64,000 bases of DNA from Bacteroidota bacterium (GCA_021845665.1 JAJZVO010000021.1:1289-65288), one strand, 5' to 3'; numbered from the stretch's first letter, positions 36,074-46,763 are shown. The notes: a model not told the origin generated them from the sequence alone. A program made the numbers and translations.

Positions 36074-36769
36074 ATGACAGAAAAATCATTGCTTGTCGTT
36101 TCGCGAACTCCGCTCCCGAAAGAAGTGAAGACTAATCTCGTGCCTCCTCTCACTAACGAAGAGGCCGCCGAGTTGCACGCTTCGCTGCTGTTCGATATCG
36201 TAGAGCGCGCCGCGCTTCATCTGCACGTACAGCCGTATGTGTATTTCGATCCGGCGGACGCGCGCGCCGACTTTGAACACGTATTCCGTCACGCGAGTTT
36301 CGAGTACAGGCTTAAGCCTGCGATCGGAAGCAAGCTTTCCGATAAGATCTCCAACGCGGTGGACGGCGTTTTTTCCGACGGCGTGAAAAAGTTGATTTAC
36401 CTCGATGTAGATGCCGCACTCGTGTCGCCGCAGATTGTCAAACACTGTTACGACCTTCTCAGTTTTGACGACGACGTTGTCGTACTCGCGCCGGATGAAA
36501 TCAACCAGCTTTACATGGTAGGTCTAAAGAAGCCTCATGTTCAGATCTTCGACGCGATAAATTCCAGGGACCCTTTTGAAGTCTCAATGAAGATCGCGGC
36601 CCCGATTTCCGCAATGCTCTTTACACTCGAGCGATTTCATTGCATGCGCGACATAACCGGTCTCAGAAGAGTCTTCAATGCGTTCACGAGAAACGGTCAG
36701 ATCATAGATCAAGCCCGCCGCACGACTGATTTTTTAATCGGCCTGAAGGAAAAGTACAGCGAGATTTGA
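36074..36769 (+). CDS. DUF2064 / TIGR04282-like nucleotide-diphospho-sugar-transferase-fold protein
   Basis: Start at ATG 36074. SLLVVSRTPLPKEVKTNLVPPLTNEEAAELHASLLFDIV matches the family N-terminal pattern (..FAK.P.PG.VKTRL.P.L....AA.L..A.L.D), from memory. Confidence 0.7.
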   Translation: MTEKSLLVVSRTPLPKEVKTNLVPPLTNEEAAELHASLLFDIVERAALHLHVQPYVYFDPADARADFEHVFRHASFEYRLKPAIGSKLSDKISNAVDGVFSDGVKKLIYLDVDAALVSPQIVKHCYDLLSFDDDVVVLAPDEINQLYMVGLKKPHVQIFDAINSRDPFEVSMKIAAPISAMLFTLERFHCMRDITGLRRVFNAFTRNGQIIDQARRTTDFLIGLKEKYSEI

Positions 36770-37401
36770 TGGGCGAGAGGTCCTTTCCGAGGAGATCCTC
36801 CGGTTTGAAGGAACCTGCGGTCAGAAAGCTTGGGATCTTCGGCGGCACATTTAATCCGCCTCACATGGCGCACCTGATGGCGGCCGAGGGAGTAAGAGAT
36901 CAGCTGAAACTTGACAAGGTCTTGTTCGTCCCTGCAGCGATTCCTCCCCACAAGCAGAAAGAGAATATTGTCCCGGTAAAGCATCGTCTCGAGATGGTAC
37001 GACTTGCCATCAGAGGGAACCGTTATTTCGAGATATCCGATGTCGAGCTCCATAGAAAGGGGCCGTCTTATACTATCGATACCGTTCGCGAGATGAGGCG
37101 CTCATATCCCGACGACGAGCTTCTCTTCATCATGGGAATAGATCTTCTGACTGAGTTCGACACATGGAAGGAACCCGACATGATCCTTGAGGAATGCAGA
37201 CTTGTGGCAATGAACCGCCCGGGGTTTGATCTGGCCGTGATCGACAAGGATTTGCTCATGAGGGTGGAATTGGTGAACGTGCCTAGCGTCGACATATCAT
37301 CGACAAATATCCGCAGAAGGGTGAAATCCGGCCGGTCGATAAGATACCTTGTAACGCAAGATGTCGAAGAATACATACATGGGAATTCCATCTACCTGTA
37401 A
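36769..37401 (+). CDS. nadD: Nicotinate-nucleotide adenylyltransferase
   Basis: ATG 36769 overlaps the upstream TGA by 1 nt; the listed start is TTG 36766. GIFGGTFNPPHMAHL and ISSTNIRRRV motifs. Confidence 0.9.
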   Translation: MGERSFPRRSSGLKEPAVRKLGIFGGTFNPPHMAHLMAAEGVRDQLKLDKVLFVPAAIPPHKQKENIVPVKHRLEMVRLAIRGNRYFEISDVELHRKGPSYTIDTVREMRRSYPDDELLFIMGIDLLTEFDTWKEPDMILEECRLVAMNRPGFDLAVIDKDLLMRVELVNVPSVDISSTNIRRRVKSGRSIRYLVTQDVEEYIHGNSIYL

Positions 37402-37492
37402 GTTGTTGCGGGTCAAAGAATTGTATATCCGCTGCACGCATTTTATATTTATAAAAAAGTAATAACCCAACTTTCAAATGGAGTGAGAGATA

Positions 37493-38914
37493 ATGAAGAA
37501 GTACAGTCTACTGGCGCCACTTATCAGCCTTCTTGCCGTAAGTTTCGCGTTTGTGGGTTTCCAGTGCTCATCGGCTGAGTTGACGAGTGCGAAGCTCTAC
37601 ATGCAGAAGAGTGAATGGAATAAGGCTGAGTCTGAGCTTGAGAAAGCCGTAAAGAAAGATTCCCTGGACGAAGAGAGTTGGTATTACCTAGGGATTGTTC
37701 GGGGTGAGAAGAAGGACTATGCGGGTTTGATGGATGCCTTCGCTCATGCGCAGAAGATTTCAGCCGCCCACGATTCCGATATCGTCCAGGTAAGACTCCA
37801 CTACTGGGTCATTGCTTACAACGACGGAAGCAAGGATCTTCAGAAGGGCAGGGATTCCTCCGTTTATTACCAGGATGCATTGAAGCTGTTCAAGGGGACA
37901 GTGCTCCTCGAACCGGACAGCACTATGGGATACAGAGGTCTCGCTTACACATACCTTAACATGGGTAATGAAGACAGCGCCGTTGCGCCTCTCGAAGTCC
38001 TGTGGAATAGGGACAAAGATGAAAATGCCGCGAAGCTTCTCGGGGAGATCTATTATGAAAAGGGCCGTAATCTGAAATTGAAGTTTGAGGAAGCCAACGG
38101 AGAAAAGATCAAGATTGCCAACGGACTTGCCGCGCTGAAGACAGGAATCAGTAAGTACGACGTCACATCCGATATCGGTAAGCCGGATGAAAAGACCACG
38201 GAGCCCGCGCACAAAGTGAAACAAGGTAGAAAAATGGTCGAGATCCCTGTCAAGGATGTCTGGACATACAAGAAACTCGGCCTGACGATTACTTTCCAGG
38301 CAGACACGGTTGCCGAAAAGAAGGTTGACTTCGTTTACTCTCCTAATATCGATTCGACCGATTACAAGCTTGCGTTTGCGGATTTTCAAAAAGGATTAGC
38401 TGTTCTCAAACCAGCGAGCGAGATGTATCCGAACGATGCGAGCGTCATGACGGTTCTGACGAACTGTTATATCGGAGCGGACATGACTCAGCAGGCAGCC
38501 GATGCGTTTAAGTTAGCCGCGCAGAAAAATCCGGACAACAAGGATTTCCAGTATAACTACGGAGTGATACTCCTCAGGGCTAACAATTATCCGCAAGCCA
38601 TATCCGAGTTCGAGAAGACTCTGAAGATCGATCCGGAATACTGGAACGCCGTGTACAATATGGGGGCTTCCTACGTTAACTGGGGAGTCGAGGTCCAGGA
38701 CAATGCATCACAGAACAGCGATCCGGATTCGCTTCGCAAGGCCGTAAGCGCCAAGTTTGAAAAGGCTCTCCCGTATCTCGAGAAATTCTCGAATTACAAG
38801 CCGTCTGATCCAAGTATCTGGGATCTTCTCGGTAAGGTATATGCCAATCTTAACGAAGTCCAGAAAGCTCAAGACGCGATGCAAAGGGCAGATTCTTTAA
38901 GGAATGTCCATTAA
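37493..38914 (+). CDS. Secreted or lipoprotein TPR-repeat protein
   Basis: Signal-like N-terminus MKKYSLLAPLISLLAVSFAFVGFQCSS. There are multiple TPR-like units, for example W.YLGIV, A...FEKTLKIDPEYWNAVYNMG. Confidence 0.7.
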   Translation: MKKYSLLAPLISLLAVSFAFVGFQCSSAELTSAKLYMQKSEWNKAESELEKAVKKDSLDEESWYYLGIVRGEKKDYAGLMDAFAHAQKISAAHDSDIVQVRLHYWVIAYNDGSKDLQKGRDSSVYYQDALKLFKGTVLLEPDSTMGYRGLAYTYLNMGNEDSAVAPLEVLWNRDKDENAAKLLGEIYYEKGRNLKLKFEEANGEKIKIANGLAALKTGISKYDVTSDIGKPDEKTTEPAHKVKQGRKMVEIPVKDVWTYKKLGLTITFQADTVAEKKVDFVYSPNIDSTDYKLAFADFQKGLAVLKPASEMYPNDASVMTVLTNCYIGADMTQQAADAFKLAAQKNPDNKDFQYNYGVILLRANNYPQAISEFEKTLKIDPEYWNAVYNMGASYVNWGVEVQDNASQNSDPDSLRKAVSAKFEKALPYLEKFSNYKPSDPSIWDLLGKVYANLNEVQKAQDAMQRADSLRNVH

Positions 38915-38940
38915 AATTTGGCCCACGTCATGATTGCAAG

Positions 38941-38978
38941 GCCGCTGAGCTGGCAAATCGCCGGCCCAGCGGCTTTTT
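38941..38978 (+). terminator. Rho-independent terminator
   Basis: GCCGCTGAGC (38941-38950) pairs with GCCCAGCGGC (38964-38973) with one mismatch, followed by TTTTT. Confidence 0.65.
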
Positions 38979-39118
38979 CAATTGCAGGGTGTTGTAACAG
39001 AGAGGTTTTAAGCTTATCCTTATAGGAAATTTCACGCAAGGAGGGCACAGAGGCAAGAGAGTGCGGAGCCAAATCGGTAACCTAATGTGAAACACGAACC
39101 GTGCAAATCTAGGAGTTT

Positions 39119-39439
39119 ATGATGTCAGAAGACAAGAACGTTCCACAGCAGATCAATATCGAGCTCGGCGACAAGGAGGCTGAGGGTATCTACTCCAACC
39201 TCGCCATCATTTCGCACTCTCCGGCGGAGTTCATTATAGACTTCACCAGGCTGCTGCCTGGTGTGCCGAAGGCAAAGGTGCATGCCAGGATAATAATGAC
39301 ACCGCAACATGCAAAGATGCTTCTCGGAGCCCTTCGTGAGAACGTCGAGAAATATGAGCGTACCTTTGGCGAAATAAAAGTTTTTGCGGGCCCCGTCCCG
39401 CCGACCGCGCCTTTTGGCTTCCAGTCCCCAGGTGCGTGA
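39119..39439 (+). CDS. DUF3467-like small protein
   Basis: 106 aa. The block EAEGIYSNLAIISHSPAEFIIDFTRLLPG...AKVHARIIMTPQHAKMLLGAL matches my memory of DUF3467. Confidence 0.7.
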   Translation: MMSEDKNVPQQINIELGDKEAEGIYSNLAIISHSPAEFIIDFTRLLPGVPKAKVHARIIMTPQHAKMLLGALRENVEKYERTFGEIKVFAGPVPPTAPFGFQSPGA

Positions 39440-39661
39440 CAAAATTCTTTTCGAGTGTTGGCTTTTTTTTAAGAACGCAGCAGTTCTCCTGGCGCAGGCA
39501 CAGATCAACCGAAGTCGGGCTGCTTCAGCAGTCTGGAAGTATGTTTCTATTCCAGGCTCTGTGACCTGAGACAAGTATTCCCTCGTTGACTTGCCTTAAC
39601 TTGAGCGCGAGAGAGTAGCTCGTTCAACAAATCCCGTAACAACTAGTAGAAGGAGTCCCCT

Positions 39662-41755
39662 ATGAAAAAGGGAGTGACGTACGCCATATTCGTGGCGCTT
39701 CTCCTTACCATGGCCGGATGTTCAAAATACAAAGTGGCGTCTTTCGTGATGCCGACCTGGAATATGCAGCTTTCCGCACCGATTTTCGACCGGACGTATA
39801 CACTTTTGCAGATGATTTCAAAGGATACGGTTCAGGTCTCAAATGGTGATACCACTTTCTTACTTCCAAATTCGCAGACCCAGGTTTTCACGCTTATTCG
39901 ATCTCAGAACTTGAACGGGGTGTCTGTTGGGAACAATCTGAAGATTGGCGCCGTGCCTCAGACAAACGTTGCCCAGAGCCCGAAAGATTTTTCGATCGCC
40001 AATCCTCCGTCCATCCACTATTCGGCGGTGAACCCGTCAATCGTGACCGGTTCGGTTCCGTTTGTCCCTGCGATTCCCAAGCAGACCCAAACGATTACCC
40101 CGGCGGACGCATTCACGAACTTCAAGACTGCTACACTTAGCACCGGAACATTGACGATTACGATTCACAACGGATATCCCGCTCCTATCATCTTTGAGAA
40201 CGGGCTCATCTACTTGGTCGATGCCTTTGGAGGATACATACACATATCTGTCCCGAAGGATTCTATACTGGGAAACCAGACAGTCACCCTTCCGGCTGTT
40301 TCTCTGGCGGGCCGTACTCTTTCTGATCAGCCTACTGTTACATTTACTGATAGCTCCAATGGGTCATCGTCGGCTGCGACGATACAATCCGATACTACTA
40401 TATCATTTTCCGCTTCTTTGGCGAATGTCCATGTGTCGTCTGCAAACGCCATAGTACCTCCACAGCCTGATATTGTCATCGACTCCAGCATCGTAATACA
40501 GGATGGCAACAAAGTTCAGACCGCATCCATCGACACCGGAAGCGTCAGTCTGACGGTAAGAAACAATTATAACATAAGCATTCCGGTCAGTCTCAGCATC
40601 CCGGGACTTACCAAAAGCGGAGTATCTCTGACACGGAACTTCACGTTGTCTCCGAAGGGGACGTCGGGGAGTGTATACGCTACTCCGATTTCTCTCAACG
40701 GCTACACTTTAAACATGGCCGACCCTTCGACGGGAGCACCTTCAGATTCTCTGAAATACAGTGTCACCGCACAGATACCTGGGTCAAATGGGAGTTACGT
40801 TGGTATCTCAACTACCGATTCCATCACCGCTTCGTTCCAGCTGACCGGGCTTCAACTTTCGTCTTTCTCCGGCGAGGTACATCTCGCGAATGCTATCAAT
40901 ATCGCTCCCGACACTCAGAAGGTGGATCTGGGGTCGTTTGCATCGAAGTTCAACGGTGCGATCCTCTTCGGACCTGGAACAACACTACAGATGAGAATTA
41001 ACAGCATAGGCTTCCCATGTGAGGCGCACATCTCGCTAATACCTACGAGTAGCGAATACCTTTCGCTTCCCCCGGTGGATTCAGCCGTCGTGGACACAAC
41101 TATCTATCCCAACCGCACTAACGTGATAACGCTTGGTCAGAGTTTCGTTAAAGCTCTTAATGCATTCTCCGAAGCTCACAGGACTATTCCCGACAGGTTC
41201 ATAATCAGCGGATACGTGCTTGTGAACCCGGGAGGTACCGCAATAGGATCGGTTAAGAGCACAGACATGGTCACGGGGAGCGGAACTATAACGATGCCGT
41301 TAGATCTCGGAATCATTAACGCTCAGTACGCTGATACAACCAAGACTGCCGTCATAACCGATTCCAGTACATCCGCGAAGCTCGCCAATGTCGATAGCGG
41401 TAACGTCGTCATTGAAGTATGGAACGGTCTGCCTCTGCAGGTTACCATGATGGGCCAGCTGATCGACACGACCACTCACGCCGTCCTCATGAATTTTCCG
41501 AGTGACAGCATCTACATCCCGGCGGCTCAGATCAACCCGGACGGGAGTGTAAAGGACTCGGTGTTCAGCAAGAACATAGTTTCGCTGACGGCGACGCAGG
41601 CAAGGAATCTCGGGAACAGTTACATGAGATTCTTCTTCAGAGTTGTGACGCCACCCGGGGCGACCACCGTCCCGTTCATGAAGGATAACGATATTTCCTT
41701 GAGGGTTTACGGCAATTTTGCCCTTAAGGTTGACAAAAGTCTGACCGGAAAGTGA
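39662..41755 (+). CDS. Large lipoprotein of unknown function (repeated beta-sandwich-like modules)
   Basis: GAAGGAG RBS and a lipobox LLLTMAGC. Ser/Thr/Asn-rich. A strand pattern recurs: TLTITIHNGYPAPIIF, VSLTVRNNYNISIPVSL, VVIEVWNGLPLQVTM. Confidence 0.6.
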   Translation: MKKGVTYAIFVALLLTMAGCSKYKVASFVMPTWNMQLSAPIFDRTYTLLQMISKDTVQVSNGDTTFLLPNSQTQVFTLIRSQNLNGVSVGNNLKIGAVPQTNVAQSPKDFSIANPPSIHYSAVNPSIVTGSVPFVPAIPKQTQTITPADAFTNFKTATLSTGTLTITIHNGYPAPIIFENGLIYLVDAFGGYIHISVPKDSILGNQTVTLPAVSLAGRTLSDQPTVTFTDSSNGSSSAATIQSDTTISFSASLANVHVSSANAIVPPQPDIVIDSSIVIQDGNKVQTASIDTGSVSLTVRNNYNISIPVSLSIPGLTKSGVSLTRNFTLSPKGTSGSVYATPISLNGYTLNMADPSTGAPSDSLKYSVTAQIPGSNGSYVGISTTDSITASFQLTGLQLSSFSGEVHLANAINIAPDTQKVDLGSFASKFNGAILFGPGTTLQMRINSIGFPCEAHISLIPTSSEYLSLPPVDSAVVDTTIYPNRTNVITLGQSFVKALNAFSEAHRTIPDRFIISGYVLVNPGGTAIGSVKSTDMVTGSGTITMPLDLGIINAQYADTTKTAVITDSSTSAKLANVDSGNVVIEVWNGLPLQVTMMGQLIDTTTHAVLMNFPSDSIYIPAAQINPDGSVKDSVFSKNIVSLTATQARNLGNSYMRFFFRVVTPPGATTVPFMKDNDISLRVYGNFALKVDKSLTGK

Positions 41756-41766
41756 GGAGAGGGAAA

Positions 41767-43230
41767 ATGAAGAGAATATTAGTCCTTGCAGCCCTTTTCC
41801 TCGCTCCGTTGTTCAGCGTTCGCGCGCAACAGATCGCAAGCAGCAGGCTGATCTCGATGGGCGGAGTCTCCACGGCAGTATCATCCAACGTAGATGCCAT
41901 AGGTACGAATCCCGCGAATTTGATCGCGACTTCTCGCGGCAATGTCGTCGTTGAACTGGCGCCGATCAGTCTGAGGGCAGGAACAGATTTTTTGAGCCTG
42001 AACCTGTACAACAACTACTTTACCGGCACCGGTCAGGTGGACAGCGCCGGGAACAAGATCGGGAAGTACCTCACAGCCGCGGATAAGCAGAGCATACTCG
42101 ATGCATTCCCCGGTGGCATAGGGACGGTGCTGACCGACGTCAGCATCCGTGATTTAGGCCTTTCGGTTAGGAATAACGATTTCGCCCTCGGTTTTGCCAT
42201 CGACGATCACGTCGGTGCCCGCGCTACTGTGCCGAACTCTTTCGTGATGTTTGCTCTTGACGGGAATGCTCCGGGATCGAACTTCTCGTGGGACAACATC
42301 AGCTCGAAGGCGTGGTGGTACAGGAGCTACAACGCCGATTTTGCGATTAGACTGCCCAATCCAGTTATAATTCCGAAAGATATCGCAAACGGTTTCAGCG
42401 CGGGCATCGGGGTCAAATACGTCACCGGCCTTGCTTATGCTTCGGCGCAGACGAACAACAGTTATCTGCAGACCGACTCCGCAAACTATGCTTTCAACGT
42501 AGGCTTAGGATTCAGCGGACAGCGCGCCGGCATATTGAGCAACGCGATTTCGAAGGCGATGAAGAGCAGCGTCGGCGATACCACGACGAACGTGAATCCG
42601 TTCTCTCCCGCAGGTTCGGGATTCGGTTTCGATCTCGGAGGGACGGCAAGAGTTCTCGGCTTCATCAAGGTCGGCATGAGCTTGACTGACATCGGAGCTA
42701 TTTCGTGGACGAAGAACACTATCAGCACGTCCGGAGATACATCTTTCACGTTCAATGGATTTTCACCGGCCGAAACCGGCGTCCCGAACGCGACGAGTAA
42801 CCTCGACAGCCTGAACAATGCTTTCAAGAATTTCTTCAAGAACAGGGATTCATTGTCATCGGGCTTCACTACACCGCTCCCGACCAGGTTTAACCTGGGT
42901 GCGTCAGTGAACATGGATGAGGTGTTCCCCTCGATTCCGGGCCAACTCCTTCTCGCAGTTGACTATCACCAGGGACTCAACAATTCTCTCGGTAATTCCA
43001 CGGTTCCTGAAATCGACCTCGGGGCGGAGTGGAAGCCCATAGGTGTGCTTCCGATAAGGACGGGCCTTGGATTTGGAGGTGCGTATGGTTTCAGATGGGC
43101 ATTGGGCATCGGCATCGACATGCCATTTTGGGATATCGATCTTGGCGTCGGAACATTCAACGATTTGGTTGCGCCAACCAGTGCCAAGAACCTGTCTGTG
43201 ACGTTAAGTTTTCTCAAGTTCAGATTCTGA
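41767..43230 (+). CDS. Outer-membrane beta-barrel protein (PorV/PorQ/DUF5723-like N-terminal motif)
   Basis: Start at ATG 41767, giving the signal peptide MKRILVLAALFLAPLFSVRAQQ. The motif MGGVSTAVSSNVDAIGTNPANL, alternating beta-strand patterns and a C-terminal ...LSFLKFRF ending in Phe are all typical of OMPs. Confidence 0.6.
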   Translation: MKRILVLAALFLAPLFSVRAQQIASSRLISMGGVSTAVSSNVDAIGTNPANLIATSRGNVVVELAPISLRAGTDFLSLNLYNNYFTGTGQVDSAGNKIGKYLTAADKQSILDAFPGGIGTVLTDVSIRDLGLSVRNNDFALGFAIDDHVGARATVPNSFVMFALDGNAPGSNFSWDNISSKAWWYRSYNADFAIRLPNPVIIPKDIANGFSAGIGVKYVTGLAYASAQTNNSYLQTDSANYAFNVGLGFSGQRAGILSNAISKAMKSSVGDTTTNVNPFSPAGSGFGFDLGGTARVLGFIKVGMSLTDIGAISWTKNTISTSGDTSFTFNGFSPAETGVPNATSNLDSLNNAFKNFFKNRDSLSSGFTTPLPTRFNLGASVNMDEVFPSIPGQLLLAVDYHQGLNNSLGNSTVPEIDLGAEWKPIGVLPIRTGLGFGGAYGFRWALGIGIDMPFWDIDLGVGTFNDLVAPTSAKNLSVTLSFLKFRF

Positions 43231-43256
43231 CGGCGACAGGTGTCTTGAAATTATCG

Positions 43257-43288
43257 AACGCATCCCGGATATCCGGGATGCGTTTTTA
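43257..43288 (+). terminator. Rho-independent terminator
   Basis: AACGCATCCCGG (43257-43268), ATAT, CCGGGATGCGTT (43273-43284). The T run spans 43283-43287. Confidence 0.8.
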
Positions 43289-43356
43289 TATGCCGAAATA
43301 CTTGATTACGCCTTCCACGCTGACTATAATAGAGGCAGCGAACAGCTAGTTCCTTA

Positions 43357-46300
43357 ATGACAATTGCTGCCGACATACTCGACTTCCTTTTTGTTCTCCT
43401 GCCCGTTGTTTCTCTGACTCATCTCGCATTCAGGATAGGTCTATCCTACGGAAGATCTAAAGGGAGTCCGTCGCTCTTTGCGGGGACTTCGATCGTCACC
43501 TTTTCCTACCTATTCAAGATATACTTTGAAATTGTTTTCGGTAAGGTGGACTCTTTCTGGTTTTTCCTTCTCACTTTCGGAACCGCGGTCGGGCTTGTGT
43601 TTGCGCTTGTCGGTACTATCAGGATAAATACATTTCTCAATAGGAATCTTCCGGAGACGGCATCGAGAAACAAAAAGGCGGCCCGAATCAGCCAATTCGC
43701 GGCGGCGATTTTCCTCCTTATCTTCATCCCTTCGTTCCTCGGTTTCGGCCGTCCGATATACTGGAGGCTCGGAGTCGTCTGTTATGTCATAAGGCAGGCA
43801 GCCCTTTTCGGCGTCGTTATGTTCGCCGCAGAACTATATGGCCTTACCGATCAGAAGAACGCGGCCTGGAAGGCGAAGTTAACCAGAGTGCTCGGGACCT
43901 ATTATTTGGCGGAGCCCGCGGTCTGGCTTGCCGTCGCCGGTCTGTCCGGCGGACTAACCTTACAGCCGAGATTAAGGCTGTCAATAAATGTTGTCAGCTT
44001 GGCGGTGTCCGTGGCAGTGAGTCTGATGATTATACAATTCATACAAATTCACCTGTCTGTAGTTCTTCGAAATGTTAAGACCACATACATTGACGCGCTC
44101 AGGGTGCGGGTACTTCGCGATCTATATTTGATAGGTGCGGGGCTGACAATATTTATCTTTGTGATTCTTCTCATCGCGCAATCGCTCTACGAAGATCTGA
44201 GGATATCAACGCTTCAAACCTATGCACAATCCGGGCTGGCAATCGAGAAGTTAGCTGCCGCCAGGGTTAGGTCTTCATTACAGGACGTAGTCCTTCGCCT
44301 CCAACGATCGGAAGAAGCCGCCGATCCAAGGATGGCCCTGATGGACCTTAAGCAAAGCAAGCCGTTCGTTGAAGCGGTAGGCGATGCGGATAGTGCAAAA
44401 TCAATCCGCCTGTTATACGGGCCAGGATCGGCTGTTGTGGATACCATCATCTCGAGACTCCTTGACGAAACTCGACAGGAGGCGGACGACAATGGAATAG
44501 ACATAACCTCGGGTAGAACCGGAAACCGCTTGAAGTATCTTGTCGTAGTCAGATCTCGAAGTCGATACAGGGTCAGTAAATACGTATTCGCGTTGTTGGA
44601 CGTCGGCAGCCTGATTTCCAATAACGTATCGGGGTTGAACGGGTTTGGAGCCGATTTCAGGATGATTTCTCCCGGCATGAAGATCGTCTACTCTGCGACA
44701 AGAGATGAAATCGGTGAGGATTTCAGCGATGCCGTTCTCACCGACACCGAGGTTCAGCCAAGGAGCCTTTCGGCGAAGATGAACGAGTTATCCGGCATGC
44801 GGTCCGGAGGATATAAGATACTCAGGGGACAGAGCAAATCCGGAATGGGTGAATATTTTCTACTCATTACAACTCCATTGAACTTCCAGGGATTCCGCGG
44901 TGCAATTGCCTCTGTCCAACCAGAGGAAAGGATCTCAAACCTTTTCAAACCCACAAATTCGCTTTTACTGCTCGCGGGACTCTTGGTGGTGGGGCTACTG
45001 GGCGGAGGAATTGTAATAATGTCTGTCGCATTCAAGTGGTCCATGAGACTTGAGAAGGAAGTGCAGGACAAAGTTTCCGAGCTTAGGGGCTCGGAGGATA
45101 AGTATCGTCGGATAGTTGAGAATCCGTATATAGGCAGCTTCATCCTGGTTGATAATCGCTTGATTTTTGCGAACTCGCGGCTGGCCGAGATACTTGAGAC
45201 CGAGGTCGACCGCCTTTCGGGGAGCGATCTTTCGGTCTTCATAGACGGCAAGGAATATGGTACACTTCAGAATGTCTTCAATTCGATATTGAAAGGCGAG
45301 AAGAACGGTGATCGGTGGCAAGTGAATGGCACAACGGCTTCCGGCAGGCACATTACCTTGTCTGGGTATTCGAGCCTTATTCATATCGGGAGCAAGGTCG
45401 GCGTTCAATCCCTTGTTGTCGACAGCACGAGTGAATTCCGGGAGAAGGAAAAACTGGAGCAGTTCGAGCGGCTTGAGTCAATGGCGACCCTGGCGGCAGG
45501 CATAGCTCATGACTTCAATAATATCCTGCAAGTTGTGCTCGGCTCCTCTCAACTCCTTCAACGAAGGCTGGAGAAAACAGATCTTAAAAAATATGCCGAC
45601 AATATTACTAATGTCGCATTACGAGGAAGTGATCTGTCGAGGCGCCTCCTTACGTTCAGCAGGCAGAAGGGTCTTGATCAGACGAGGGCCTTTGACGTCA
45701 ACGCGATAATCGTCGAATCGCTGCCGTTGTTTGAGGAGACTTTCCCGCGTACTATCAAAATAGAAACAGAGCTCCAGGATAAACCGATTTACGTAGAGGG
45801 AGATCAAAGCCAGATACAGCAGGTTATTTTTAACCTCGCGGTCAACGCGAGAGATGCCATGCCTCATGGTGGAACATTACTCATCAAGACCGAGACGCGC
45901 GAAGTCCTACCGATGGAAGCGGATATTTACCAGGTCACTCCCGGCACGTACGCCTACATAATGGTGAGGGATAATGGAGAAGGAATACCACCGGAGTTGA
46001 TGAGCAAGGTATTCGAACCCTTCTTTACGACGAAGCCTCCTGGGAAAGGTACGGGACTCGGACTCAGTGTGGTATATGGAATCGTACGGTCGCACAACGG
46101 TTTTCTGAAGGTTTACAGCGAAGTTAGAAAAGGGACGGTCTTCAGTATCTTCCTTCCGCCTACTTCGCCCAAGGAAATTGCGGAACCGGGTGACATGCAG
46201 CCGAGGATAAGCGAGCCTTACTCGACATATGGCAGCCGAATTCTGTTTGTGGACGATGAACCGGGTATCAGGGAAGCGGCTGAATTCCTGCTCGACCAGG

Positions 46301-46608
46301 CAGGCTATTCTGTCGTTACGGCAAAAGACGGCATGACCGCTCTGGATATCTATCGGAAGGAATGGGAGGAGATTAGTCTCGTCGTTCTCGACTTGAATAT
46401 GCCGGAACTGTCGGGGAGGGAAGTACTCGAGAATTTTACGATTATCAACCCTGATGTTCGAGTCCTAATTGCGACGGGTTATATCACTGCGGAGGAGCGT
46501 GCCGGCTTGAAGGGAATCGTCGAGGTCATAGAGAAGCCTTTTGATTTCGATCAACTTATCCAGAAGGTCAGGGCCGCGCTGGAGACTCCGAGCGGCGCGA
46601 AGACGTAA
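43357..46608 (+). CDS. Hybrid sensor histidine kinase / response regulator with a polytopic membrane N-terminus, an extracytoplasmic sensor segment and a PAS domain
   Basis: There are ~8 predicted TM helices in the first ~290 aa and a further TM helix around LLLLAGLLVVGLLGGGIVIM. A PAS-like region follows. Kinase motifs are the H-box AHDFNNILQ, the N-box NLAVNARDAM and the G-box GTGLGLSVV. The receiver domain reads ILFVDDEPGIRE...VVLDLNMPELSG...KPF. Confidence 0.9.
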   Translation: MTIAADILDFLFVLLPVVSLTHLAFRIGLSYGRSKGSPSLFAGTSIVTFSYLFKIYFEIVFGKVDSFWFFLLTFGTAVGLVFALVGTIRINTFLNRNLPETASRNKKAARISQFAAAIFLLIFIPSFLGFGRPIYWRLGVVCYVIRQAALFGVVMFAAELYGLTDQKNAAWKAKLTRVLGTYYLAEPAVWLAVAGLSGGLTLQPRLRLSINVVSLAVSVAVSLMIIQFIQIHLSVVLRNVKTTYIDALRVRVLRDLYLIGAGLTIFIFVILLIAQSLYEDLRISTLQTYAQSGLAIEKLAAARVRSSLQDVVLRLQRSEEAADPRMALMDLKQSKPFVEAVGDADSAKSIRLLYGPGSAVVDTIISRLLDETRQEADDNGIDITSGRTGNRLKYLVVVRSRSRYRVSKYVFALLDVGSLISNNVSGLNGFGADFRMISPGMKIVYSATRDEIGEDFSDAVLTDTEVQPRSLSAKMNELSGMRSGGYKILRGQSKSGMGEYFLLITTPLNFQGFRGAIASVQPEERISNLFKPTNSLLLLAGLLVVGLLGGGIVIMSVAFKWSMRLEKEVQDKVSELRGSEDKYRRIVENPYIGSFILVDNRLIFANSRLAEILETEVDRLSGSDLSVFIDGKEYGTLQNVFNSILKGEKNGDRWQVNGTTASGRHITLSGYSSLIHIGSKVGVQSLVVDSTSEFREKEKLEQFERLESMATLAAGIAHDFNNILQVVLGSSQLLQRRLEKTDLKKYADNITNVALRGSDLSRRLLTFSRQKGLDQTRAFDVNAIIVESLPLFEETFPRTIKIETELQDKPIYVEGDQSQIQQVIFNLAVNARDAMPHGGTLLIKTETREVLPMEADIYQVTPGTYAYIMVRDNGEGIPPELMSKVFEPFFTTKPPGKGTGLGLSVVYGIVRSHNGFLKVYSEVRKGTVFSIFLPPTSPKEIAEPGDMQPRISEPYSTYGSRILFVDDEPGIREAAEFLLDQAGYSVVTAKDGMTALDIYRKEWEEISLVVLDLNMPELSGREVLENFTIINPDVRVLIATGYITAEERAGLKGIVEVIEKPFDFDQLIQKVRAALETPSGAKT

Positions 46609-46763
46609 TCCGCGTCACGTCTCATTCGGGAGTGGCGGGTATTCTGCAGCTAATGAAAGTGCAGCGGTCTCTTTATGATTGTAGTCCTTCCTTGTCAAGA
46701 TGGACTCCCGCCGGTTGCCGATATCCTTCCGTTTTAAGTCTTGCCTTGATTATATTTTAGATC

